From NCBI GenBank assembly GCA_026023565.1, contig JAPETS010000001.1:248001-312000 (forward strand): 64,000 nucleotides of DNA, written 5' to 3'. Below the pieces are notes generated by a model that was not told the DNA's origin, made no database searches, and worked only from the letters and a program-made list of their open reading frames with translations. Shown one piece after another: positions 1 through 12,019 of this stretch; the stretch's first letter is position 1, and every line of letters begins with the position of its first letter. The stretch comes from Cirrosporium novae-zelandiae (taxonomy: Eukaryota). The position numbers and the translations under genes were made by a program.

Positions 1-505
1 TTCAAATTTTCATTCAAGTTCTCCTTCGGTGGGAGGATGGATGGTGTATTTGCGGTTCTCTGAGCTATCGGTGTGACTTCTTCGAGAATGTGTCTTATGG
101 TGTTTCGGTTTTCTTCCATGCGCGCGAATGTGATCTTCAACTTTTCTTCGAGGCTTCTGAGTGCGGTGATAGTGCTATCTGGGTTTTGATCTGAGTCTGA
201 GTCTGAGTCTGAGCCTGGGTGTGGTTCTTGGTCTGGGTGTGTAGAACTCAAGGCTTTAGGAGCTTTAGTCCTTTTGATAGTCTTCCTACGTCGTGCAGGT
301 TTGGCATCTTGAGCATTTTTGGTGGGTTTAGTCATTGCGGCATCTTGGGTTCTCCTATTTTTAGAATCTTCACTATCGTCAGTTTGAGTAGTCTTGTCTT
401 TGGTCGATATGTTATACTGCTCTAGGTATTGTTGATGAAGCATTTCCCATCAATAGATTTCCACATATAGGGTAGGCCACGCTTACCATTTTGTAGGGAG
501 GCCAT
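1..505 (-). CDS. Partial hypothetical protein running off the left edge (not on the ORF track)
   Basis: ATG at 505, exon 505-487, intron 486-422 (GTAAGC...TAG), then a frame open for about 140 codons to position 1: MASLQNEQYNISTKDKTTQTDD...SDSDSDSD...ALRSLEEKLKITFARMEEN. No family recognised. Confidence 0.65.
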
Positions 506-1065
506 AGCTCCTTTCTTTGTGCGATCGGATAAGCTCAAGATACAGAATAAGGAATATCAAAAAGCGAGATGCAAAAATATTTATATTGGGTTTGCATGCC
601 AATCAACATGCTTTGTATAAAGAGTTGGCAAGATTGAAATTATCTGGACAGATAGTAGTTCGAGTCACGATGACACTTCAAACCAGGGCAAATTTAGATA
701 GGAAATAACGATGTATGTTTGTTACAAGCGTTAAGGCAGATAAGACCACCTTCTAATGTTTTGACACAGCTGAGACTCGGAAGGAACTCTGAAGGGGAAT
801 AGATTCAACCCATGAAAAGCTGAGTATAATAGTGGAAAACAGGAATTCATATTTAGGTACGTTGTAAGGTTCCCAGGTCGAAGGACATGAAACTATATTT
901 TGGGTGTTGATATAGTTAGCCAGGATACTCAAAGATTGGGGCTACAAATATCAGCAAAGTAGATAGAAGGTTAGTTTAAGATATACACTCGCCCCCTCCA
1001 TAGGCTGCCGTCTGGTTCAAATACACTGAATATAATCCTCATTAGATTTTCTATTAGCGTCACTA

Positions 1066-2679
1066 CTAAGTGCAGGGGGAATCGACTATCTCAATGGACA
1101 GATTTCGCGATATTTGACCATCATATGCCAAAGCCATAGCCATACCATCAGGTTTATAAGCTTCCCACCCAAGGTTTGGTAAGCCATCAATAGGGTCTGA
1201 AGCAAATGCTAGCCACAAATCTTGCATATGCTGACTTACAGCTACTTCGTATGGCGTTGAAGCTCCACGATAATTACCATGGGTTCCAAATATCAGGGGA
1301 AGTTCAGAGCTATGATATGCACCTTGCCAAGCTCGAGGTGAGATGTTGCTAAAGTTCCCATTGTACCAGTAGCGGAATGTTGTCGCTCCAACGGCATAGC
1401 GATTACTTGTTGTTTTGACAGACGGACAGAGGAAGACAGAGTCAGTTTCTATGTCAACAAGGGTGAGGTTAGGCCCAGAGACATCATATGTAACTAATGA
1501 TGTGCCTTCATCAGCATTCGTGCCAATAATAGCGGGCTTCTTAGTAAAATGGCCGCCAAGGGCTCGTGAGGTGAAGTTCGAGAACTTGGTGACCTCGTCG
1601 TCAACTGGACCGAAAGAGATTGACGGAGAAGTTTCGTTGTCTACATAGCCAAGGAGGAATTCTTCGATGACCTCGTATGAAACATTGCGCATGCAAGCTA
1701 ACTCAGCCGCGGCGCTTAGACTGCCTGAGCAACCTACTTCGGAGGCGACAAAGGTAAAGTTGGAATGCGTTGTATCCGTGTTCTCGCTGGGGAGAAGAGC
1801 GGATCCAGAATCCATAACTAGACTGTTGATTATAGGATCATCAGGATAGGCAAAATCATAATAACCCACTGACATTCTAATACCATTCTATTAGTAAATC
1901 CACGTTTAATGATAAATGGGCCTCGTTATACATACGCCCCTGCCGACTGCCCCCAAAGGGTGATTCTAGATGCGTCGCCGCCAAAAGCTGCAATGTTATC
2001 GCGGATCCATTCTACAGCAAGACGCTGGTCAAGAAGTCCAAGATTCTGACTAGTTTCGTTCAGACCGCGGGCATTGGGGAAACCAAAAATATTGACACGG
2101 TAACTGACAAAACATCAGTATTCACATTAGAGGGGGAAACCATGCTGCTACTTTCACCTACTTTATTGCGACAACAATATGAAACTGGCTCCTCTGTATC
2201 CATTGCTCGGGTTGTTGATATGGAACGTCAGCTCCTCCAGTAGTAAACCCTCCTCCATAAATCCAAGCAAAAACAGGAAGTCCAGAAGCATTTTTAGAAG
2301 TCGTTGCTCCCAACGGCGTCCATATGCTCACGGCCAAACAATCCTCAGACATGACACCCGTGATGAAGAACTGTCGCACATCCTGATTATACACAGAAGG
2401 AATCTTGGATTCATACTGTGGGCACGAGGGAGGGAGATGAGTAGCATCAACTATGCTTTTCACTCGGGTTTTAGCTTGTGGTCGCGCCCATCTCAACTGA
2501 CCGACTGGTGGCTCCGCGAAAGGTATTCCAAGGAATTGGGCGACATCTGGGGTACTTCCATTGATAAAACCACGTACGGTGCCAATAGTTGTATTGATTG
2601 AGAGATTGAAATCAACTGCTTGAGCGACCTGGGAAACCCCCAACAGGACAAAAAATAATTGAAACACCAACAATGACAT
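1066..2679 (-). CDS. Secreted type-B carboxylesterase/cholinesterase-like hydrolase, 3 exons
   Basis: Signal peptide, LGIPFAEPP, SEDCL, WIYGGGF, nucleophile WGQSAG, GTNADEG and GAYHSSEL (Ser-Glu-His triad). Introns 2104-2161 and 1877-1935 join the two track ORFs in frame. Confidence 0.93.
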
Positions 2680-3274
2680 TTTGTTAGCCGCACTTCAGAC
2701 AACAGCACGCATTGATCTGGCTATTGACCTTGAATGGACAGCAGACACTGGTTATAAACGCATTATTTCTTGTCTCTAAAATTGTCGGATCTTCCTTGCC
2801 GTCCATTGCCATTGAGAAGCAATATCACCTGTGAGCGGGGAAGCTACTTTGAATGAGGAGAAGAAAGTCCTCATCGCGGGGATATATTTCACACCGTCAA
2901 TATGTCTAGGACAAGGAAAGCTAATATGTTTCTTCAAAATGCGTGTGGAGATGGAAGAGTAGCATTGTGGGGTGCGGTGTACAAGGGACACCATACCTAA
3001 ATGGCGGTTAAAATCCGGGGTAACAAATCATCATCTCCACAATCCATTTCTTCCTTTAATTTACCCACCTTCGTATATCTCAATTCCTCATTATCCGAAA
3101 CCCTTGCAACGTTGCTGTTAGCCTTCAGAGTGGATAGTTATGCGATAGAAATAATGCCACCAGTATTGAGAACCATACGAATCAATTATGTAAATCCAAG
3201 GTCCCTTGATACAGTATCTTAGTTAATTGGCTCCGTGTCTTCCTAACCCAATTACAATCACATCCCTGCAAATT

Positions 3275-4547
3275 CTACTTCTCATGTTCTAAGAACTTGC
3301 TAATTACCTTCTCAAGTGTTTCTCCGACCGGAGGCTCCTTTGGCTGCCAACCAAACCTCTTCGCGCGGCTGCTCCTTGACCGCATGTCAACCCCAAACCC
3401 AATCGCAATATGCATACTCCACGAGTCCGGGGCAGGAGCCTCATCCTCAGCTGCACAAATCTCTGCGGCTTCCTGGATATTAAGCTGCTTTATATCTTCT
3501 GTCTGGACCAGACCCTTCTGCTTAGCGATGGGCACCAAAGATGTCATGAAATCAGCAAAAGCAATCTCCTCACTGGCCCCAAAATAATATGCTTGGGGAC
3601 CCCATATTTCATCCTCCTCGCCTGGTTCGACTTCTTTGACCCCTAGAGCATAGTTTAACAATAAGAGATACACACGTGCTTGGTCTGAGACATGAATCCA
3701 AGATTGCAGATTCTTCCCAGCCGAGATTGTGAACCCAGATGATAATTTACGGATAACTTTCAAAATATTAGGCAGAGTAATTGGTGTCGGGTGTACGCGC
3801 GATGGACCAAGTCCATAGACGTATGTCGGTGAAATGATGGCAACTTTGACCTTTGATGATGCCGCGGCAAATACTCTCTGGGAACCCAATAATCAGCGTC
3901 TCGAAGGCTAACGTATTGCATGGAAGATTGGACAACATGAAATCTACTCATACCTCGTCAGTCTTACGGTGTGTTGCCGTATCTGGCATGGATGTGAGCG
4001 TCTCAATATCAGCCATATCATCCCAAATTCTGGATCCCGCCTTGGATCCATCAGGCTTATCTCATGTAATCGCCGCACCAGACGTGTGAATATAATATCC
4101 CTTTTCTGACCGAGCTTCCAATCCACGGACGATAGCTGCTATACCTGCCTCATGAATGATGTCTGGAGCAGTGTCTATTTGGTCAGTATGATCGAGAAAA
4201 GTAAAACAGGCTATCATAATGAATACTATGGAAAACTAATCACATAAATAGAAGAGCCCTTACTAATAACGATGCGCGCTTCCTTGGCCGCATTCTCAAT
4301 TACATCAATGCTTTCCAAGCCTCCAATGATAGTGGTCAGATTCAAATCATTGTACTGTTCCACAAGGTGTTTCGCCTTTAACCTGTCTCGTACCAGCACC
4401 GAAACTTCAGCTGTAGGATGGCTTTTTGCGATTTCCTCAAGAACCGCTCCTCCAATATGTCCAGTGGCTCCAATACTAACATATTTGTAAGTATTCTTGT
4501 TGCAGTATAGCAAAATTGTGGGAGATTTACATGAATATTCGTGACAT
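3275..4547 (-). pseudogene. NAD(P)-binding epimerase/NmrA-like (atypical SDR) gene with one in-frame TGA at codon 114
   Basis: Spliced model (introns 4476-4530, 4175-4263, 3878-3953) reads MSRIFIIGATGHIGG...YYIHTSGAAIT*DKPDGS...ISPTYVYG...WIHVSD...FGWQP, about 350 codons; TGA at 4062-4064. Family call is firm, pseudogene status is not. Confidence 0.7.
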
Positions 4548-7316
4548 AATGCCAGGTCTCGATCTACTTGTTGGAACACTGCCCTTAAAGAGTTATTCAG
4601 AATGACTCATTCCTTAATATTTGGATTCTTGTTGACTATATAAATACAGGCCAGAAATCTTGCTTCGAGTCATCATGCACTTTACCAATTGAACAAGATA
4701 AGCACTAATAGCAATTACCAACTATCCTCGTTCTCTATGCATGACATCCAAATCTACTTTACTTCTTGTGGAAATTATGCTGCTACTGGTACCCACATGT
4801 ATAGATATCTTACTGACACCAACTCGGACCAAAACTCAAATAATATGCTTGATTTTATATTCAACCTAACCGAAGCTGTAGTCTTGCCCCGAACTACCTA
4901 ACCTCCTATTTGACGCATAGATATAACTCCGCGTGCATAAAATGGTTTATAGGTGAATAAGGAAACTGATAGGGAAACTGATAGAGAAAGCGGGGATCCC
5001 TGTTGACGATCATGCCAGAAACAGATATCTCATTCCATGATAGTCACACACGCATACATTTTCAGCACCTGTAGGTCAAGGATAAGCCAGTCATAAAAAT
5101 CAGAACAGCCAGGATAGAAACACAAGAAAGTTCAAGAGGTCCATTTCCAGTCCCAGGAAGAAATTATTCAACAAACCCACTTGGTTTCTCGGCTGCCATA
5201 ACTACCACAATCAATTTTATCTACCGTCTACTAGCTTCGAATGGAGTCACCCATTACCTTCACTCCAAAGAACACTCAGTGTACTTGAATGACTGATGTC
5301 AGACTATCTCCTTATCTTTGTTATAAACTCAACCCTCTTTAACCATCCACTTTGTAACCCACGTTCCATGTCACAGGAGAAGAAAATTCTAACATTGATA
5401 CAAGTATCCAGCTTGGCTTCTAGTTTCTACCAGCTCGGTATACCGTATATTAGACGATCAGATTAGATAAAAGAGAGAGAGTTGATAGTAAGTAACCTTA
5501 ATATTGATGCTTGGTTTTATGGATGTACTGTACGTATGATTGATGGTTTTATTCATTTAACTACTCTACTATTTATAAATCCCATATCCAATGGTACCCT
5601 GCTTACCTACCCTACCTACCTATCTTACCCATCCAATAACCCTTTACTCACCCTTTAAAAGGGGTATATATATATATAATTAAATCCAACTCATCTAGCC
5701 CCCCCACCAACTAGATCTCCAAACCAAACATTTCCCTACTTAGTTCGGACTTTCTAACAAGTCATGTAGGGTTAACCAAACTAAGCATTCTTTATAGAAA
5801 TGTGATATATAGGTATTTTTACGGTGGTGGTCTGAGCTACGATGAATATAGCGGGGGAGGAGGGGAGGGTAATGGTGGAGGAAACGGTTATATAACTAAA
5901 TAAAAGGGGGGAGAAGAGAAGGGGAGGGTATGTAGGGAGGTTTGCTAGTGTTATTAAAAAGGACTTCCCGATTAATTAATTTATCTTTCTGTTTTGTCTA
6001 AGCTGCCCAGGTTGCCCAAGGCAAGCACCAGCATCAGCATCAGCACCAACGAAGTCCAAGGCCCGCTCCCCAGAAAGCACATATACTATACCGCAGATCT
6101 TCTTCTTTATTCTCATCCCTTTCTCTATACTTACACCTCTTTTCACAAGTAACGTATAGTGTAGTGCAGTACCCTAACTAACTCAGACGAAAACTAAACT
6201 AAACCGAAATCATGGAGTCCGAGCAACCAATCAAGAAAGAAAGAAAGAAGGATGGTTGTTATAAATGTGAGGGGAAGGCAGCGCCCGAGGTTTTCGAAAG
6301 AGAGAAAATTATATAGATAAGTACAGGTTTCAAACCCCCTCCCCTTCTACTTAAAAAAAAAAGGGGGGGGGAGGGCATATGGATGAAATAGAAACTGTTA
6401 CAGCGTAGCCAGGTTCTATATCCTAACACCAGGTATCCGCTCAAGTAGCGGATATACCACGTCCTTTTGGTTTAGTCAGATAAGAGTGTTGGCTTACCTT
6501 CTAACAGAAACCCAATGGGAAAGAAGTCACGTTAATAGTAAATGCTTTACCAGAATGAATATAAAAAATTAGGGAACCCTCAGCTTCAGCTTTCTTTATA
6601 ACAACAACAATTTTTCATACATGATTATAGAAAAGGGGATGGTTTTCCGATTTCTCCTGATTTGATTTGAGATAATAATGGCCTCCTTCAAACAGGGATC
6701 AGTTAATGACCTAATTAGACTAATTCTATTCTGTCTTGACCTTCTCAAGCGAGCTGAGCCTTTCCAAAATCTCTGAAAGGTAAATTTTTAGATTTGGGTC
6801 TGGAGCTGATTTTTGCGTGAAGATATCTTTAATATGAATGAATTGGCGGTTATTGTGGGGTTGTGGGCAAAGTGAGTACTAAGAGCTTACTTAGTGTGGC
6901 GAGAACATGACTGACCAGTAGATGATAATGTGAGGTCGGTCGAGGATGAAAAGCTATCAAGGCTAGAAGGGCCAGTTGACCCGTAAAATAATCCTACAAA
7001 GGTGTCCCGTATTCAAAAAAAAATCAAAGATGACAATATATCTAAAAGCCAGCCGCAAATAAGTAATTAAACCATGTCCAGCGTCTAAAATTCACCCCGT
7101 CCGTCCAACCGAGCGCTAAATGATTAACAAAAACAGCCGCACCAAAGCTCCGTTCAATCCAGCCCCAGCCAGCCCGCCCGCCCAAGACCAAGTAAGTACA
7201 GTAGCAACCACTAAACTTGCGTCAATAATCTACAAAGCAAACTCCATTGAAACCCCCCTCCCACCACAACAAACTCCACTCCTCCCAATCTTTTTCAACA
7301 AACCTCACCAAAAAAA

Positions 7317-7841
7317 ATGGTCGCTCAATATACCATCTTCGGTCGCCAAGTCGGCTCCCATATCGTATGTTCTTTTTCTTCCTCTCTCTCTCTCTCTCAC
7401 TCAAAGCCCTACTCTACTCTATCCAACCCATCCCGCTTTATATCTCCTCCGGTTATGCCGGTTTGTGCTTCGATTTGCACTCACGCTCCGAGTTTCACAC
7501 AATCGCCCAATCATGGGAGTTTTATGATCTGAAAATGAGTTTTTGGCTAATAATTGTCCTCCCCGGATTTGATATATATATAGCTCGCAATGGCAACCCT
7601 AGGAACCACATTCGGACTTACGGCCCTCGCCATGGGTGGGAAAAAAGAAAACAAAGCACAGGGACCACCAATCCAGGCTTCTAGCAAGGATGAGGAAGCT
7701 TTCATACAGTGAGATAGATTCATCGATCGGCGCGAAAATGAACGGGGAAGGAAATGGGCTAATTTAATGGGGATTATTATCTATATATATAGGGAATTCT
7801 TGAAAAGCGCTCAAGCTGAAGAATCGAAGACGAAACATTGA
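7317..7841 (+). CDS. ATP19: Mitochondrial ATP synthase subunit k, 3 exons
   Basis: MVAQYTIFGRQVGSHI|LAMATLGTTFGLTALAMGG...GPPIQASSKDEEAFIQ|EFLKSAQAEESKTKH; introns 7365-7583 and 7709-7792. Confidence 0.92.
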
Positions 7842-8414
7842 TTGAAAGTGGAACAAATGACATGGCTATGGCAATGGCAAGGGGATATTGCGGGTTATTG
7901 GAATGATGATGGGGAAATGGTTTTAGAGATGAGGGGGGGCAAGGGTAGGGGGTTTGGGATGAGAGAGGGAAAGAAAAGGTTGAAGATGGGCTGAGTGAGT
8001 AAGTTGGAGGAGTGGAGTGGTGAAATGATGATTGTATTGTACATGTACATAAATCTGCCCACTTGCCAAATCCATCGATATCTACCCCCAATGTCTATGT
8101 CAATGGTGTTTCAATGACTACATGCAATTCATTTTTTTTTTTGCATTTGCTAGATTAGAAATGTATTTCCTATTTTAATTCCATAAAAAATACTAATAAG
8201 ATGCTAACGTTGAGGATAAATAATAATAATCATAAAACCTTCGTCATATGTGTTAGGACGACTATATCCATATATATATAAACAAGTTAATTATCATCAT
8301 CAAAAGGTTGGATTTTTAAATCCAAGCCAGAAAAACATCCATTTACTCCAAAACGTGTTATCCGATATCATTTCAAAGGGGGATGGATTGGAGTCCCTAG
8401 TTAGCACCCATCTC

Positions 8415-9989
8415 TCACATCGGTGTCAACGAGACCTGCGTCCCATGAAGACTGCAGCAAGTGAGCGTCAAAGACTCCGTCCAAGGTTTATCATCCCTCG
8501 ACTCGATACTTTTAACTCTCTGCATCAACCTCACCGTGGTATAGCTTGCCTCGGTCAACGCAAACTGCTGTCCCAAACAGATTCTCGGGCCTCCATTAAA
8601 CGGGAGGTACTCCCACCCAGGTCTCAGCTTCTCCCAACGATCAGGATTAAAGTCATCGGCGTCTTCGCCAAAGAAGTCGCGGCGTCGGTGCATGACGTAA
8701 ACGGGGTATGCGACGGCGGTGTCCTTGGGGACGAATATCGGGGATGTGCCGTTTGGTCCGCCACCGGTTGGAATAACTGTGTCGCGGATGGCGGTACGGC
8801 CGTTCAGGGGGACGACTGGCATAAGACGGAGAGCTAAAAAGGCAAGGATTAATTTTTCATATTGACTGGAAGGGCTGTTTGGTAGAGCCGACTCACATTC
8901 ATTCAAAACGTAGCGGAGGTATTTCATTTCCTTAATTTGTTCATATGATGGTGCTTCTCCGCACAATACATCGACCTCGGCTCGGAGTTTGGCCCATATA
9001 TCAGGACGTCTAGCGAGTATAAACCAAGTATTACCTAAAAGACTGGCCGTCGTATCTCTGCCTGCAAGGAGAACATTTAATAGCTCCGAACGAAGACGAA
9101 TAGGATCATCTGTTGTCCTGGAAAGTTCATGAAGGAAGACATAACGATGTTCATCCCCAACCTCTTTCTCAGTTTCCCCTTTTCGATAGGCAATCGCCCG
9201 TTGAACATACTTATCAACAAAGTCATGTACTGTCTTGGTGTCCCTCTTAAATCTTGGGTCGAACCGAAACGCCCCCAGTGGCCCCAACCTGCTGGCATGG
9301 CCAATCGCATCCTGGGTATAATTGAATGCGGAAGCGAAATCCACTGCAGATTGTAGCTTTTTTCCAGGTGCGAGGCTGTTGCAAGATTCACCGAAGAGGA
9401 ACTCGGTTGCTGAATCTAATGTAAGGCGGAAGAAGAGGTCCTGAAGGTCGACAGTAGATCCATCAAACGGAATAGAAGCAATGAGGTCCTGAATGTGAGC
9501 TTCAAAAGTAGCCAGATCGGCCACCTGGGCTCGGGTAAAGTTGGGACGTAGGAGAGCTCGTGAATGCTCCCAGGCACCACCGTCGGTCGTAAAAATTCCT
9601 TGTCCCAGCAGAGGCCAGAAAGAGGTCTTTCTTCTCTCACCGAGACCAAAATCCTTGAATTTAAGAGATAGAACAGTTTTAACATTTTCAGGTTCAATGG
9701 TGGATATAACGGGGATACCCATAGCCATCATCTGGTGCGTCCTTCCGTACTTGGTGAAACGTTCGAGTACATACTCAAGCAATCGATGATTGTCAAGTGC
9801 TCTCTTTGTGCCGAGGAATAGGTCGAATCCAAGTATATTCTCGAAATGAGGATACTGTACTGGCTGCTCGCAGCCAAGTTCTTTGGCCTTTTGTGTAATA
9901 GCAATTCTCCTGAGCACATCACTAAGGGTTTTGTAGAGCACAAGAACAATACAGGCCGAGGGAAGCCATGACACTAAAAACTGGAGCAT
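8415..9989 (-). CDS. Cytochrome P450, CYP52 (alkane/fatty-acid hydroxylase) clan
   Basis: N-terminal membrane anchor, AGRDTTA I-helix, FNPDRW, heme motif FNGGPRICLGQQFA. Removing the 63-nt intron 8834-8896 restores the ExxR motif (ESLR). Confidence 0.94.
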   Translation of the reverse strand: MLQFLVSWLPSACIVLVLYKTLSDVLRRIAITQKAKELGCEQPVQYPHFENILGFDLFLGTKRALDNHRLLEYVLERFTKYGRTHQMMAMGIPVISTIEPENVKTVLSLKFKDFGLGERRKTSFWPLLGQGIFTTDGGAWEHSRALLRPNFTRAQVADLATFEAHIQDLIASIPFDGSTVDLQDLFFRLTLDSATEFLFGESCNSLAPGKKLQSAVDFASAFNYTQDAIGHASRLGPLGAFRFDPRFKRDTKTVHDFVDKYVQRAIAYRKGETEKEVGDEHRYVFLHELSRTTDDPIRLRSELLNVLLAGRDTTASLLGNTWFILARRPDIWAKLRAEVDVLCGEAPSYEQIKEMKYLRYVLNECESALPNSPSSQYEKLILAFLALRLMPVVPLNGRTAIRDTVIPTGGGPNGTSPIFVPKDTAVAYPVYVMHRRRDFFGEDADDFNPDRWEKLRPGWEYLPFNGGPRICLGQQFALTEASYTTVRLMQRVKSIESRDDKPWTESLTLTCCSLHGTQVSLTPM

Positions 9990-12019
9990 TATACTCGGAG
10001 GAAATCCTACAGATACTCGACCTGCGGTAATTTAGTCCGTATAAGTATATTAACGAAGCAGGAAGAAGGGGAAAGATATACGGAAAGATCAAGTGAATGA
10101 ACAACTCGTGCCAGGAAGGGTGGATTGAATGGGATATAGGAGATGCGGAATACCAGTTGGTGAAAGGGTCAAATGAATTCAACACTCTTAAGCCACACAG
10201 ACACAGGATGCAGATAGGGTGGTTCAAGCAGACGAATTAGCCGAATAGGGTATGTGTTACAACGTACGAACAGAACCAAACTGATAAAGTCGTGGAAGAT
10301 GGTGAATAGAAAACAGGAGTAATAGTAATTATATATATTCAACCCCCTAGGAAAGCGTGGGATAAAAAGCCATGGGATGATATTCAACGTCAAGGAACCC
10401 AGGGACATGGTGGACACTTAAACCACGAAGGCTGCTGATGTTGGTAAAGTCTAATTTATCTCATCATATTGGTTGTATTGGTTTGTAGAGCTTCTCGACC
10501 AACGAGGTAAGGATCAAGTCCCAAATTTGCATTTGCGATTCGAAGAGGACCCAATTGTCATCAAGATTGCGGGGTTCATAATTGCTCCGAGCACCACCGC
10601 CTCAACCGAGGCTTGTGAGGTTATCAAGAAATACTAATAGAGTCACTCCTGGAGTAATACTTTCGAAAGTATTATGTGAGTGTGGAGTAGACCTTTTGAA
10701 AGGTTCTTTATGGTTGAATGTAATAAAAGGAGGGGATTGCCAATTGGATGTTTGTCTACTTTGGTGAAAATAAGCCTTGTCCCACCTTTCAATCCAGTAA
10801 TTAGGGGTGATGCCCTAAAGGATTCTTAGCCACTGGTTGTCGTCAGCTCAGGTCACCTGCGGCCACTCCGAAGATGTCGTGGGTGCCAAGAGGAAAGTCC
10901 GTAAAGATGTTGATCCTCTTCACTTACTACTTTTCATTCTTTGCTCAGTAGACTATCAAAATCCTAATAAGACCTAGAATCAAGCCACTCATTAAGAGGA
11001 CTTATCAACCGATAGTATCTATTTTTGCTGGGTCTTTCATAAAAGCCTCGTAAGGTATTCCTGAAGAGGTAACTGCAAGATAAACATTTCAACTTGTGAT
11101 ACTTTATTATCTTGAATCTTGCTCCGGCATCCCCGCCATGTTTTGAGTAACGGCAATATAACAGCGGAGTCCCCGGACGTCAATAATTTTCGAATCCCAG
11201 GGGATGTGGATGCAGAAGTTAAACGAACAGTCAAATAGCAAAATGACCTCAAGGCTGACCTCAAAATTGTCCTGGTTGTTCTCTCAAGGTTGTCCTATTA
11301 GACTGGCACAGTTGGCTGTTATTTACGAGATGATGTTTAGCTAACGGAGATATCGGGATCAATCGGTAACCGGAGCTTGATACGGTACGATCGGCAAACA
11401 TTCAAATACAGGACGCCCCCTCTCTCCCCACTTCACATGTGCGCCAAGTTCCTAGGTACCTAGGTAGTTAATTCATTAATTTTCATATCGGCGAAATAGT
11501 TGCTCCACTTGTTCGTTGTGTATCATGTACTGCTATGTACTTATGCATAAGACCATCCGAAGGAGAGAGATGGACTAGGCAGTAGACCTGGTGGTGAGCT
11601 GATTATACAACAATTACTTCTGTGATATCAAGTATGACTTCAACGGATACTCCATCTATTATTGATTTAATTTCTTGTTTAAAAAATATCTTTAATTGCA
11701 TGCTGTAAACCTGTCATTTTTCAAATGCAAAGAAATAAAAATTAACATGTGTATTCTCTCTCAGTGAAAGAAATCTCCCATTACTTATTCCATTTTCATT
11801 CACTCTCCAATACTATGCTCAAGCCACCCCCTCTTCATTCCTTTTCTTTTCATATTTTCAAACTATGCTATCATAGCTAATAACTGCCATTTGTTTCTAA
11901 GAAGATAATTTTTCATCTCATCAATTTTAATACTGACCTAAGGCTCTTTGTAAATTAATATTCATCAACACTTAAGCTGAGCTTTGCTAGATTCAAGATT
12001 TCAGATTCCAGAGCCCAAG

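Noticed and set aside
4597..4676. Minus-strand ATGATGA...CTGA spaced like a C/D box snoRNA
   Set aside because: No rRNA guide or terminal stem that I could recognise; it overlaps the TATA-like region of the downstream gene.
5296..5469. Possible 38-aa two-exon ORF around an intron-like GTAACC...CTAAC...CAG
   Set aside because: Too short and featureless to distinguish from chance.
1066..9989. Esterase, oxidoreductase and CYP52 as a secondary-metabolite cluster
   Set aside because: No PKS, NRPS, terpene synthase, transporter or cluster regulator in the window, and ATP19 interrupts the group.
10890..10901. GAGGAAAGTCCG matching the bacterial RNase P RNA P4 5' strand
   Set aside because: No matching 3' P4 strand downstream and the context is fungal; chance match.
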